A stretch of 63,749 nt of DNA, the filler included, from Octopus bimaculoides (lineage: Eukaryota), in assembly GCF_001194135.2 (NCBI RefSeq). It is 11 parts of 10 records of this genome, joined end to end, with 100 filler letters (N's around TTAATTAATTAA, not from the genome) between each part and the next. Parts side by side here need not be neighbours in the genome. Positions count along the whole stretch, not along the records: positions 46,280 to 51,903 come from NC_069003.1; positions 52,004 to 57,375 come from NC_068991.1; positions 57,476 to 60,018 come from NW_026387030.1; positions 60,119 to 62,565 come from NC_068999.1; 7 more parts are not named here. One strand, given 5' to 3'. A program made the position numbers and the translations under genes. Below the pieces are notes generated by a model, which searched no databases, was not told where the DNA came from, and saw nothing but the letters and a program-made list of their open reading frames with translations. Within the stretch, counting starts at the first letter, position 1. Each line of letters begins with the position of its first letter. Shown in pieces: positions 49,830 through 62,665 of the stretch.

Positions 49830-51110
49830 GTGAGTGTATATATTCTGCTATACCATTGCAGCCACCAGAAAATACACGAAGCACATGCGTTAGTATATAG
49901 TTTTAATAATATTTATTACATGAGAGTTAATTTTACTTCATGCGTAAAATTTTCTCTTCGGTATGCAATTTCCGGGAATACCAGCTCACGATTTTATGCG
50001 TCTCATAAGGATTTGGGGATTTGATTTTTGGGTATGCTGGCCTTTTATTCTGGTATATATTTATTGCATATAGCTTGCTCTGTCGTCATAAAGTGACTAA
50101 GTTTTAAGTCGTCTTGCATAAACTGATAGTCCGGACAATTTTTTTTGTGGATCTCTTTGCAGACTGATTTCCCGTTTGCTTTCTGGAAATTCAAGTTGGA
50201 TATGACTCAAGTCTTTCATATAGAGGGTGGATGCCAATAGTTCACATAGGATCTTTCATTGCTGGTTCAACAATGTTGTGGACCGAGAAAGCTGTTGGCA
50301 TCATGTTCACGTTTAGGCATAAGGTCCATATTTGTGAAGCAGAGATGCATGATTTTGTTACACCTGGTTGGCTGGAGTATCCATTGTTACTTCATATTAG
50401 AAAATGCCAAAGGGGATGTGGCTTTTACGTTACTTAACATTTGACTAGTTGAAGACGCCCAGGAAGATTATATTGGTGTGTTGGTCCTGATTAGACAATA
50501 ACACTTCTTTGTTTCTGGGGCTATTCCCAAATTTATCATCACGTTTTGCAACATTTGGTGGATCATATAATGTGCATAAAACCACATCAAGTTGCTTTAA
50601 TTGCACCATGAGTGTGTTACAGACCGTGTTTGGATGTGACAACAGGGCTAATAGTGAGACATCTTCAGATATGTACATCGTAACTCTACCATGACTTCGT
50701 TCTTTTCAGTCTGTACGGAATAGTGGAGGCACGTGGTTTAATGGTTAGAGCGTTGGACTCATGATCATAAGATTGTGGTTTCGGTTCCTGGAGCGGGCGA
50801 CGCGTGGAATTCTTAAGCAAAGTACTTCATTTCGCGTTGCTCAATCCCAGTCAGCTGGCAAAAATGAGTAACCCTGCGACGGACCAGCGTTCCGTCCAGG
50901 TGGGGAATATATACACTGGGAAACCGCCCTTTATGAGTCGGCATGATTCGAGAAGGTAACTTTACCTTTACTTTTATCTGTTCGGAACACAGCATACACT
51001 GGATTGTCTATCTCCGCATTAATCATGCCAGAAGTGAAATGTGTTACGCTAAGTGCAATGCATATTGCTTGAAAGAAAAAGAAAAACCAACGCAATGTGG
51101 ATTCGGATGC
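49830..51110 (-). mobile_element. CR1-like LINE, apurinic endonuclease region (decayed)
   Basis: The minus strand reads ICIALSVTHFTSGMINAEID (about 51000-51080) and YISEDVSLLALLSHPNTVCNTLMVQLKQLDVVLCTLYDPP..IIFLGVFN (GDFN motif). It is interrupted by a SINE. Confidence 0.75.
50725..50990 (+). mobile_element. tRNA-derived SINE with RTE/L2-like ctttacctt tail
   Basis: ggaggcacgtggtttaatggttagagcgttggactcatgatc...ggtttcggttcctgg (tRNA-like head), then ccctgcgacggaccagcgttccgtccagg and a tail aactttacctttactttt. Confidence 0.8.
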
Positions 51111-51454
51111 CTACGAAATAGGGATTGGCAGTCTCATATCCACGATACCATTTGAATCAAAATCCCTGCATAAAGTACAAACGAGTGTGGCTGTGTCAAC
51201 CCACTTACACAGCAAATGAGCCAGCAACCAAACAAAAACAAGCACACACAAGAGTCGTGACATGAGCTCCCTACCTCCTTAGCATCGAAGAAGAAATCAA
51301 CCACATAAGAGGGCTGTAGAAAGAGCAGTCACGGTGGTACTCCTGTATGAACGCAGCCGCAAGGATGAAACACATAACAGAAATATAAAATAAAAGAAAC
51401 ACACATACACATTATGTATGTGTTTATGTAGAGATATATTCTTTCATTTTTTAT

Positions 51455-51660
51455 TTGTCTCAGTCATTTGACTGCGGCCATGCTGGAACACCACCTTTAC
51501 TCGAACAAATGCACCCCAGGACTTATTCTTTGTAAGTTTAGCATCCATTCTATCGGTCTCTTTAGCCAAACTACCAAGCTACGGGGACGCAAACACACCA
51601 AAGTCGGCCGTCAAGCGATGTTGGGGGGGGGGACATACACAGTCACAGAAGCAGACATGC
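51455..51660 (-). mobile_element. 3' half of tRNA-derived SINE
   Basis: ctcagtcatttgactgcggccatgctggaacaccacc...caagcgatgttggggggg. Confidence 0.8.
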
Positions 51661-51866
51661 AATGTATATGTGTGCGTGTATGTATGTAAGTATAGATCTA
51701 TATAAATAAGTTTGTATAAATCCATATACCTACATATACATATATGAGTGTGTATACACATACACACATACGGACACAGACATAGCCTCAGACAGACAGA
51801 CAGACAGACAGACACAGGCACAGGCACACGTATATATCTATATATCTATATATATCTATATTTATA

Positions 51867-51903
<37 letters not shown>

Positions 51904-52099
51904 NNNNNNNNNNNNNNNNNNNNNNNNNNNNNNNNNNNNNNNNNNNNTTAATTAATTAANNNNNNNNNNNNNNNNNNNNNNNNNNNNNNNNNNNNNNNNN
52001 NNNATATATATTTAATTTGGTGCATGCGCATTGTTTGTTTTTGATTTTGTCGACTACACAGTATAGTAGGGTCAGTTGGGCACCGTCTGTAAGGAAAAC

Positions 52100-52350
52100 A
52101 GCACCATGACGAAATTTGGAAGCGACATGCTATACTGCTTGGCATTCGCCCCGGAAGCTTCAATACGAACATTTCAGATTGTTTGGGTGTCAATCTGAGG
52201 ACAGTGCAGAAGATTCGAAAAGGGTTGGATGAGTCTAATTGCGATTACGAAAGTATGGCAGCACGAAAAACTCACTCTGATCATTCTGATAAGAAAAAAA
52301 ATCCTGAATTTGTTGGTGAATCCAGGCCTTGATTCTCAACGATCCTTACA
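52100..52350 (+). mobile_element. Tc1/mariner-superfamily transposase N-terminal (HTH) fragment
   Basis: EIWKRHAILLGIRPGSFNTNISDCLGVNLRTVQKIRKGLDESNCDYE..RKTHSDHSDKK. Confidence 0.6.
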
Positions 52351-52693
52351 AATCAATCAGGTCCATCGTCATATGTATTATATGTGCGCCTGCGCGTGTA
52401 ATTATGACTATTCACTTACACATATATATATAGATGTATATACACATACACACGTGCACATATGTATACACACACACATATATATATATATATAGATGCG
52501 TTTGTACTCGTTTGCAGAGAGAGGGAGAGAAACGGACAGACAGACAGACAGACAGACAAGCAGAGATTGAGACAGAGAGACATATAGATGGAAAGAGAGA
52601 GGGTGAGAGAGAGATCCCTCAATGCTAATATCACAGTCTTCGGCGTTTGCCAAACATCCTGGCAATGTTGGATATTAAAATTGCCTGTCACTA

Positions 52694-52781
<88 letters not shown>

Positions 52782-53020
52782 NNNNNNNNNNNNNNNNNNN
52801 NNNNNNNNNNNNNNNNNNNNNNNNNNNNNNNNNNNNNNNNNNNNNNNNNNNNNNNNNNNNNNNNNNNNNNNNNNNNNNNNNNNNNNNNNNNNNNNNNNNN
52901 NNNNNNNNNNNNNNNNNNNNNNNNNNNNNNNNNNNNNNNNNNNNNNNNNNNNNNNNNNNNNNNNNNNNNNNNNNNNNNNNNNNNNNNNNNNNNNNNNNNN
53001 NNNNNNNNNNNNNNNNNNNN

Positions 53021-53057
<37 letters not shown>

Positions 53058-54479
53058 GCAAATGCATATATTAATTAAGTGAAATATAGTAGAGTGTCAG
53101 TGGCGAGGGTTTCTATATAAGTAAGCACGAAGCTTTTTGAGGTTCTTAATACAGTTGCCTGTGCCCGTGTGTTTTTGTGATTGTTTGTTCCCCGTAGGAT
53201 GGCCATTGTTTGAAGATGCTTCATAATAATGTCCTAAAATGTATTAAATGTGTATGCATGTGAGTAATGATTATATACCTATGGCAGCGAGGACCATAAA
53301 GGTTGGAGCGTGTTGTAGCATTAAGTTGTTTGCATTGCATTGCATGTCGATGAGGTCATCTCTTCTAAGTAACTTTATTTCGTTTTATTGAATAGGTGGT
53401 GAATCGGTGTTGTTTGCGTGTTGCCAGTTATATTTCAGCAAAGTTTAATTACAGTATCTGAAGTGTACTTCTTTGTTACATGCCATTAAGAAACTGAAAG
53501 CATCTTACACATAACTGGCTGTAGAAATTATGACAACAGTTATGAAAGCAACAATGAAAATAGAAACAGGGAGTGACATTGACACAGGGAACAGAAATAA
53601 AATAAAATATGATAAAAGCAAGAACAAGAAAAGCACGTTTATTTTGAGGCAGTTGAACTATTGTTCACAGTTCACACGGACCTTTCGGTTTTACGCTCAT
53701 TAATAACATAGAGTAGATCCGGCAAACATTCGCGAAGAATATCGATTCTTTTCAATAGATAAAGCTATCCTGTGTGGCCAAAAGCTTTGCTTCGTAGGGG
53801 AAATAAGTGAAGAATACATACGATAGTTTGCATCTGAAGAAAAAGGAAGTAAAGATAGAAACTATGAAGGAACTACCTTGGAGGGATTGGTACTAACAAA
53901 ACAAAAAGTATAAAAATCCATGGAATGAATGCCGTTCTAAAAGATGGTCGATTGACCCTCTAGAATTAGCAAACAAATAAATCTCTGAAATCAATAGCAT
54001 CGAACTTCACCACAGATAATGTCTAACAAAAAGGAAGGGGGGAAAAAATGAAGTAAACAGTCATAATACTCTTCTGCTTGTCACTATGTAAGCTGGAGTG
54101 TTACACTTTTAACAGTCTTGAATATGGAAAGCAATCGGAGACAAAATCGAAACCTTTAACATAATGAAACAAATTCGAGTAGTGTACACGTTCAACAACG
54201 TTAAGTGTTGAGCGTAATCGAAGACATAATCGAAATTTTTAACATAACGAAACAATGTTATGAAGATCAATAAATTTATGCATCAAAATTGAAATGACAA
54301 CATTTATAAAATGTAGAACAACCACGTGACCTTCTAGTAATTATAATCTTATTGTTGCTAATAATAATCGTATAAATGATTTTTTAAATAAATTCAGATA
54401 AACGCTGATGTATGTTCCTCTCTTTACACAAAATGTGAATAGTAAAATCGTTCATATCGATCTTAGATAGATATAATTG

Positions 54480-55590
54480 TAATTATGAAGAAGATGGGCC
54501 TGAAGCAGATCAAATTAAGAGCTTCGGAAGCAATCAACAATACAGTGTTGAGAATAAGACGATTAGAAAGGAAAATAATGCTAGTTAAAGAGAAGGAAAT
54601 AGCAGGCAAGTGTGATAACACTGAATCTGAGATAAAAGATCGCAGCACAAAAGTTGCGTTTGAAGGATTAAATTGCTAATAAAAACGAAGCAATACATGG
54701 TTGTTGTCATTGATGACATGAAAAAAAAAAACCCCAAGAAACCAAAAAAAAAACCGGCGTTGTCTCCTCACAAATGAAATTGCTATCGTCAGAAAATGGA
54801 CTAAATATTGCAAAGAACTATTCAACTATAAACTCATTCATAACACCAACATCTTGGACAATGCCACCAATAATAACAGAGAACTTGAGAGTGCTCTGAT
54901 ATTTCAGGAGGTTGCCGATGAGTCGGTGTACACACTCAAACAAAGAAAAATCACCAGGTGTAGATACCAACTCAGTAGAGAGCTTCTGAATCATGGGCAG
55001 CCAAAAGTTATCGAAGAAGTGACTGCAATCTATCAGGAGATATAGACAACAAATCGCCAAATGAATAGAAGCAATTTTTACGAATGCTACTCACTACTTA
55101 ATATCTGCCACTAGTCTGACTAAAGTTACTATAAATACAATTAAATGGAAGGTGGAAGAAATTCTAGCAAAAGAACATGTTGATTTCAGATTAAAGTATT
55201 GAAGTACATCAAGTCAAAGTTAAATATCTGAATGCTGATTGGGAAACATCTTTATAATAATTGCAGCTTCTACAGGGTGTCCACAAAGTCTGGGTACATG
55301 GAGTAAATAAAATCATAACATAAACAATTAAATATAAGAAATAATAATTTCTTAAAGTATGTGTTAATCCCCATGTACCCAGACTTTGTGGACACCCTGT
55401 ACTACAACGTCATGGACTTCATATAAATAAGTGAATATATNNNNNNNNNNNNNNNNNNNNNNNNNNNNNNNNNNNNNNNNNNNNNNNNNNNNNNNNNNNN
55501 NNNNNNNNNNNNNNNNNNNNNNNNNNNNNNNNNNNNNNNNNNNNNNNNNNNNNNNNNNNNNNNNNNNNNNNNNNNNNNNNNNNNNNNNNN

Positions 55591-55621
<31 letters not shown>

Positions 55622-57100
55622 TGTATGTATGTATGTATGTATGTATGTATGTATGTATATAAAAATAGATAAAAATAGATAAATAAACCTTTGACTATGT
55701 TTGGCATGAGGGTTTGTTGCAATTCCTGAGAGATTTTAAGTTATTCAAGTGATTGAAACGCGGTGCTGTCAGAATTATATTGAGAACATATTGTTGATAT
55801 TGAGAACAAGCATAATAAGAACAAACATGTTGCTTATACTGAGAACAAAAATGTGGACGATAAATATGTAGAGCGTTTCACAACTATACAGCGAATAAAC
55901 GCGAAAGTACGGCCTCTTTTTCGTATTATTTGCTATTAATATTTGCATAGTTAAGAGAGGTAGAACAGCACCTATTCTTCTTTTCATGGTGCCTGAGACA
56001 CGTAGCAGGAGAAGAAGGAAACATTTCTTGAGACTGAAATTTTTGACTGAAAGTTATAATAGCCAGCAAGCTGGGCATAAATTGAATCTTATTTGTCAAA
56101 GTTAAAAACTCATGCAACATGGGCAAATATGGGATATTATTGAAGTTACCAACCATTTCGGTGTTTGCCACGGCTGAGCTGAGATAGATTGCTATAAACA
56201 TACTTGAATTTGGTGAACCTTATTTGAGTTATAGGTGACTTGATCAATAAGATTAGAGAAAAGTTCACTGGCGCTGTGTTGTTTGAATGACTAAAACATA
56301 GTTATCAATGACCAAGTGTTCATTACTCTCAGCTGAAAATTATACCATTTGTGAAAATAAGCAAGGACAGTGCTATGCAAGTGATGAATAATTTATCCAT
56401 TTTTGAAAGCTGAGTTCAGTTCTCTATGTGAAATGAATACTTGAGACGTATCAATGTCCTACTGATGTCGAAATTATCTTTTTGAATAACAGCGTCAGAC
56501 ATTTCAAGTCACCAGCTGGAGACTGTCAAAGTTGTCTACTTCAGTCTACATTATATTGTCTCCTTGAAGAACATCGCTTGGGAAGTGCTACGTGACTTTC
56601 ACACCACCACTTCAGTTGAATGACGGACCCTTTGCAACCTTCATTTTGCTGACGATATCGGCTTAACGTATGGTAGCAAAGTAGAAACCCAGGGACTCAT
56701 CATCAAACTGGAAAGGACATCAGAAGCGAATAGAATAAAAGGTAGTTTAGATAAAAGCAAGATTCTTATTATTAGCCACAACCACAATGCAGTAACGAAT
56801 ATCAGGTTGAACGGATAAATGTGCACATGTGTGTGTAAGTATGTATATATTTTAATGTGGTATTCGTTGTTGTCCAAATACAAATCATTGGCTTTCATGA
56901 ATCGCTTCGCCTTGTTACCTTGGAAAGAAGCCAACAAAACCTGCTTTGCTGGAGACGCTTATTGAGACAGAAACATATATCTAGCTGTTCTTTTGTCACC
57001 AGACAGAGTGATTTTCGCTCTGTGACAGCCAATCTTATGGAGAATTCTTCAATCTTGCGATTGTCACTCTTTCGCATTTCGAGTTGGTCCCAATACCTAT
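54480..57100 (+). mobile_element. Old, fragmented RTE LINE
   Basis: Scattered motifs occur in the correct order: EEILAKEHVDFR (about 55160), FDYVWHEGL (about 55690), CLLQSTL (about 56535), LHFADDI (about 56640) and VTR. The element is split by a MITE, a microsatellite, a gap and unrelated DNA. Confidence 0.65.
55273..55399. mobile_element. 127-bp Tc1/mariner-type MITE
   Basis: Perfect 29-bp TIRs cagggtgtccacaaagtctgggtacatgg, with a TA duplication at 55271-72 and 55400-01. Confidence 0.95.
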
Positions 57101-57475
57101 CAGGCGATTGCTTAGTGTTATTTTCTAAGCGCTAACTTTGACGCTTCAGGAACAGTAACTTACTGAAATAGTTTGAAGAAGCTACCATTCGGAGAAACTA
57201 CTTATTCACTGCCAAGAGTATATAGAAATATTAGATGCCACACATGCATTTGGTTTTTATACAGTCAACGTTGGTCGCCATTGAGTAATAAAAACACTTA
57301 TTTTTAACGTTACATTTATAACGCACGCGATGAGTGTGTGTGTATATATTGTGTGTTATATATGCATATATATATNNNNNNNNNNNNNNNNNNNNNNNNN
57401 NNNNNNNNNNNNNNNNNNNTTAATTAATTAANNNNNNNNNNNNNNNNNNNNNNNNNNNNNNNNNNNNNNNNNNNN

Positions 57476-57509
<34 letters not shown>

Positions 57510-57539
57510 CGTGCGTACATATATGCATATATCTGTCTA

Positions 57540-57690
57540 TGTCACCGTAACTTAGCGGTTCTGCAAAAGGAAGCGATTGAATAAGTACTAGGCATTAAAA
57601 AAACAATTACTGGGGGCGATATGATCGATTAAAGTTCTCCAAGACGGTTCGTGGCCACATTCTAAATGTCTGAAAGAAACAAACGATAAA
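57540..57690 (+). mobile_element. 3' half of tRNA-derived SINE
   Basis: ccgtaacttagcggttctgcaaaag...ataagtactaggc...ctgggggcgat. Confidence 0.65.
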
Positions 57691-57756
57691 AGCTATTTTT
57701 TAATCTATATCTATCTCTAGCTACCTTTAAAGATACGTGTATATATATATATATAA

Positions 57757-57799
<43 letters not shown>

Positions 57800-57853
57800 G
57801 ACAGAGACAGAGAAAGAGACAGACAAACAGACATATAGCGAGAGAAAGACAGA

Positions 57854-57888
<35 letters not shown>

Positions 57889-58866
57889 CTGTGTGAGTGC
57901 GTGTGTGTGTGTAAATTTAAGTGCATATTTCCGTGTGGGTATGTATTTTTATATTGGTATTAGGTGAGTTTTGAGTGCTGTGAAATTGAATCGCACATAG
58001 ACTATTCAAAATAGTAAATTGAAATAACATACTGGAAAAAAATGATTAGAAAAACAATGTAGTTTTGCTATTAAATTCAAACCACTTACAATGTTCTTTT
58101 ATAGAATATTGAATAGTTCCAGATCATACATGCTATATCTAAAAGTATCTCCCTGCCTCCTTATATTAGTATAAATGTGTATAAATACGTACAGCATTCC
58201 TTCATTATCTAAAGTATCTACATCGCTAAATAAGTTGTTCAGAAATATGACGTTTTTGTGTAAAAGGTTTTCTACGATCGTTTGTGTCTTTGTGAATGAA
58301 AATGGTTTGATGTCTTTTTTTAATAGATTATGTATGAGAATAATTTTCTGTAAGCGTGCAAATAAACTAATATTAATATAAAAAAAAGTTGTAAATTATT
58401 CTGCAGTACACCGTCTACACTACTAAAGTAATAAATCATTATTATAATTGATTTCACTAAAATCAATATATATTGCCTTTATATTTGCTGTAAATTATAT
58501 TCAAAATTCCGAAAGGGATATTATTTTCAAAATAATTTCTATATATAAACGTACCTCTCCATGTCAATTCTACTTTATTTTCATGTTGTAAGGAAAAAGA
58601 ATGAATTCCAGAATTATTTACCATCTCTTGTATTTCATCAATTAAACTTCAAAAACAATGGTTTATATCTAATGCACACTTTAACATGGACATGCTTATG
58701 TACATATGAATAACGGAATGATTTAGGTTATATGTGTGAATGTATAAACATAATTATGTATGTGTGCATGAATATATATGCATTCATCTTAACCTATACA
58801 CATAAATATGTATATATGCATAGACCTATATGTGTGTATGAATATTTGCTTGTCGGTCGGTATATG

Positions 58867-58908
<42 letters not shown>

Positions 58909-59158
58909 CATATATTTTCTCATATGTTGTTTTTATCGTAATGGAAATGAAGTAGACCCTTTGATCTCAGAACATGACAGTAGATAAAATTCTAATTTAA
59001 CTTTCAGCATTACTAACACTATCATGAGTAGCCTCTGAAGCATAGTTGATCAGAAGTGTTAGAAACTCAGTGTATTGAAATTCTATGTTACAACATATAT
59101 TCCATCTTTAAATCTATTTTGTGGACGCGCGCGCAAACACACACACACACACACTGGT

Positions 59159-59191
<33 letters not shown>

Positions 59192-59335
59192 CACACACAA
59201 ACAAGCCCATACACGCACGACCTTACATACACACACACACGCAACCATAAACTCATACATTCACACAAACTTACACGCACGCATATACTTATATAGAAAG
59301 TTAGATGGACAAAAATGATATATATATAACTTTCT

Positions 59336-59357
59336 ATTATTATTATTATTATTATTA

Positions 59358-59388
<31 letters not shown>

Positions 59389-59389
59389 C

Positions 59390-59420
<31 letters not shown>

Positions 59421-59430
59421 ATATTATTGA
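59336..59430. repeat. (ATT)n microsatellite
   Basis: Direct reading; gives poly-L and poly-I false ORFs. Confidence 0.95.
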
Positions 59431-60193
59431 ACTATATATTTTTAAATTTCATTATTCAGTGTTTTCAAATGCACTTTACCTTGAATTTATTTATGGTTAC
59501 ATTAAATGAACTCCCGAAATTTCAAAAAGATTTGCATTTTATTTGAATATATTTTTTTCTATGCCATTAGACTAAGGTCCTTTTGTTGTAGCCAAGATCT
59601 AGTTCTACATTTTTTTCCTAGGAGCTTATACAATACATTATCTATTACTCTGAAGAGCATGCTTTCTGTACATGCCTCATGCAAAAAAAAATAATAATAA
59701 TAATAATAAATAGCCGAAAGAATAGCTTTCGTTTCAAAGATGTTGTTACTAGTTTCATTTGGGGTAATCTGCATATTCCCCATGACTGAGTTAAATTGAG
59801 CAGACATGCCATCAACAGGAATATGTAACATTTCTAATCACTACATATATGCGATATACGCAGTTTCTAATTCTATAAGTTTATATAGTCTAGGTATAAA
59901 GATCTATTTTATTATGTTTGAAACTTTACGCATATTTAACTTTCCCTGCCCCAATCACAAACCTTTCTACATGTCAGTTACATGCACACACCATATACAT
60001 GCAGATACACGCACGCACNNNNNNNNNNNNNNNNNNNNNNNNNNNNNNNNNNNNNNNNNNNNTTAATTAATTAANNNNNNNNNNNNNNNNNNNNNNNNNN
60101 NNNNNNNNNNNNNNNNNNATATATACGTGTGTGTGTGTGTGTGTGCGTGTATTTGTATGTCTGTCTGTCTGTCTGTCTATGTCTCTGTGTGTG

Positions 60194-60225
<32 letters not shown>

Positions 60226-60473
60226 TATAGATAGATAGATAGATAGATATTTCTGTGCTAGTGTGTGTGTATTTAAGTTGGTGTAATTTTCTACTTACAA
60301 ATACACAAGCGCACATATACGTACACACGTTCACACAAACACGTATATATAGTTTCTGTTTGCCTGTATGTTTTTAATATATATCATTAACGTTTATATA
60401 TATATTTGATTTTCATATAAACGTTTATTACATTAAAGCATTTTCCTTACTGCTCCTTAACATTACGCTTACT

Positions 60474-60507
<34 letters not shown>

Positions 60508-61104
60508 TAAAATTATACACACTAACACCCAACACACACACACAGACACATACATAAAAATATCCATACAATCACAAACACAAACATGTGCACAACAACA
60601 ATCGCATGCACATAAAAACATATGTACACTGATCCGCCATTATCCTTTGCCGATACCTCGTTCCCAACGTGCCACCAACTCCACCACCACCATTAGCAAT
60701 TCTTAGCTCCTGTATAACCACCACCACCACCACACACGAACTACCACCTCCACCAACATCGTCATTTAACAACACCGCCGACACCACCACCGCTGCCCCC
60801 GTATCTACTCAACTTTAACACTCAATATGATGGATGTCTTATAGGCAATAATGGTAATTTGGTTCCCACTCTACAGACATTATTATATGTCATATTTAAA
60901 AATAATTGTCGAGTTTTTGAGGAATAACGGTTGGAGGCGGTTTTCATTTATTCAAAGGTCCATATCGACGTACTACGTAAATATACATATACGTACACAC
61001 AGACACACACAGGCAACACACAGAAAAAAACACACATATTTACGTATGTACGTAGATGCGTGTAATATATATATATATATATATACACATCTCTACATGC
61101 ATAC

Positions 61105-61138
<34 letters not shown>

Positions 61139-62071
61139 NNNNNNNNNNNNNNNNNNNNNNNNNNNNNNNNNNNNNNNNNNNNNNNNNNNNNNNNNNNNNN
61201 NNNNNNNNNNNNNNNNNNNNNNNNNNNNNNNNNNNNNNNNNNNNNNNNNNNNNNNNNNNNNNNNNNNNNNNNNNNNNNNNNNNNNNNNNNNNNNNNNNNN
61301 NNNNNNNNNNNNNNNNNNNNNNNNNNNNNNNNNNNNNNNNNNNNNNNNNNNNNNNNNNNNNNNNNNNNNNNNNNNNNNNNNNNNNNNNNNNNNNNNNNNN
61401 NNNNNNNNNNNNNNNNNNNNNNNNNNNNNNNNNNNNNNNNNNNNNNNNNNNNNNNNNNNNNNNNNNNNNNNNNNNNNNNNNNNNNNNNNNNNNNNNNNNN
61501 NNNNNNNNNNNNNNNNNNNNNNNNNNNNNNNNNNNNNNNNNNNNNNNNNNNNNNNNNNNNNNNNNNNNNNNNNNNNNNNNNNNNNNNNNNNNNNNNNNNN
61601 NNNNNNNNNNNNNNNNNNNNNNNNNNNNNNNNNNNNNNNNNNNNNNNNNNNNNNNNNNNNNNNNNNNNNNNNNNNNNNNNNNNNNNNNNNNNNNNNNNNN
61701 NNNNNNNNNNNNNNNNNNNNNNNNNNNNNNNNNNNNNNNNNNNNNNNNNNNNNNNNNNNNNNNNNNNNNNNNNNNNNNNNNNNNNNNNNNNNNNNNNNNN
61801 NNNNNNNNNNNNNNNNNNNNNNNNNNNNNNNNNNNNNNNNNNNNNNNNNNNNNNNNNNNNNNNNNNNNNNNNNNNNNNNNNNNNNNNNNNNNNNNNNNNN
61901 NNNNNNNNNNNNNNNNNNNNNNNNNNNNNNNNNNNNNNNNNNNNNNNNNNNNNNNNNNNNNNNNNNNNNNNNNNNNNNATAATTGTATACATACACAAAA
62001 AGATGTATTAAAACTTATACACATCACCTAGAAATCAGATACATGTATTGGTATATATACATATACATATA

Positions 62072-62102
<31 letters not shown>

Positions 62103-62532
62103 GTATATGCATAAATATATATATATGTATATGTGTATGTACATACACATATACATACACATATACATACACATATAAATATATTTGTGAGTGTTTGTGT
62201 TTGTATAGAGATTTAGATAGATATCTGTTTATCAGCATAACTATTAATTTATACTAATGCTTGCAAACATATAGAGTGGGCCATTCAGGCACACAAAAGT
62301 AACACGTATACACACGCATATTCATATAAATTTAAATTTAAATATACAACCTTTTGTGTGACCGCATGTATAAGCATAGGTGTACGGGGGTCATCTTTTG
62401 CACCTAAATATGTACGGAAATGAACTGTATAAAATCTGAAAAATAATCATATGGACAATAAAATTTAGAACCGAAATTGTAGACCCGTTTCATGAGATGT
62501 ATAAGGTGATATATGCATACATATGTATGTTC

Positions 62533-62565
<33 letters not shown>

Positions 62566-62665
62566 NNNNNNNNNNNNNNNNNNNNNNNNNNNNNNNNNNN
62601 NNNNNNNNNTTAATTAATTAANNNNNNNNNNNNNNNNNNNNNNNNNNNNNNNNNNNNNNNNNNNN

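Noticed and set aside
10042-50990. tRNA-like A/B boxes as real tRNA genes
   Set aside because: They continue directly into multi-copy SINE bodies and lack a complete cloverleaf.
51038-51155. Cys-rich ORF CYAKCNAYCLKEKEKPTQCGFGCL resembling a toxin
   Set aside because: The opposite strand is the N-terminus of the CR1 endonuclease.
54485-54679. 64-aa basic coiled-coil-like ORF
   Set aside because: It lies in the linker region of the decayed RTE LINE.
4303-62257. Long ORFs rich in YI/HT/CV/ERKK/X
   Set aside because: They are translations of microsatellites and N runs.
5790-62621. Ten identical TTAATTAATTAA palindromes, superficially like a regularly spaced repeat or array
   Set aside because: Each is centred in exactly 44 N + 44 N. 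It is an assembly linker giving stops in all six frames, not biology.
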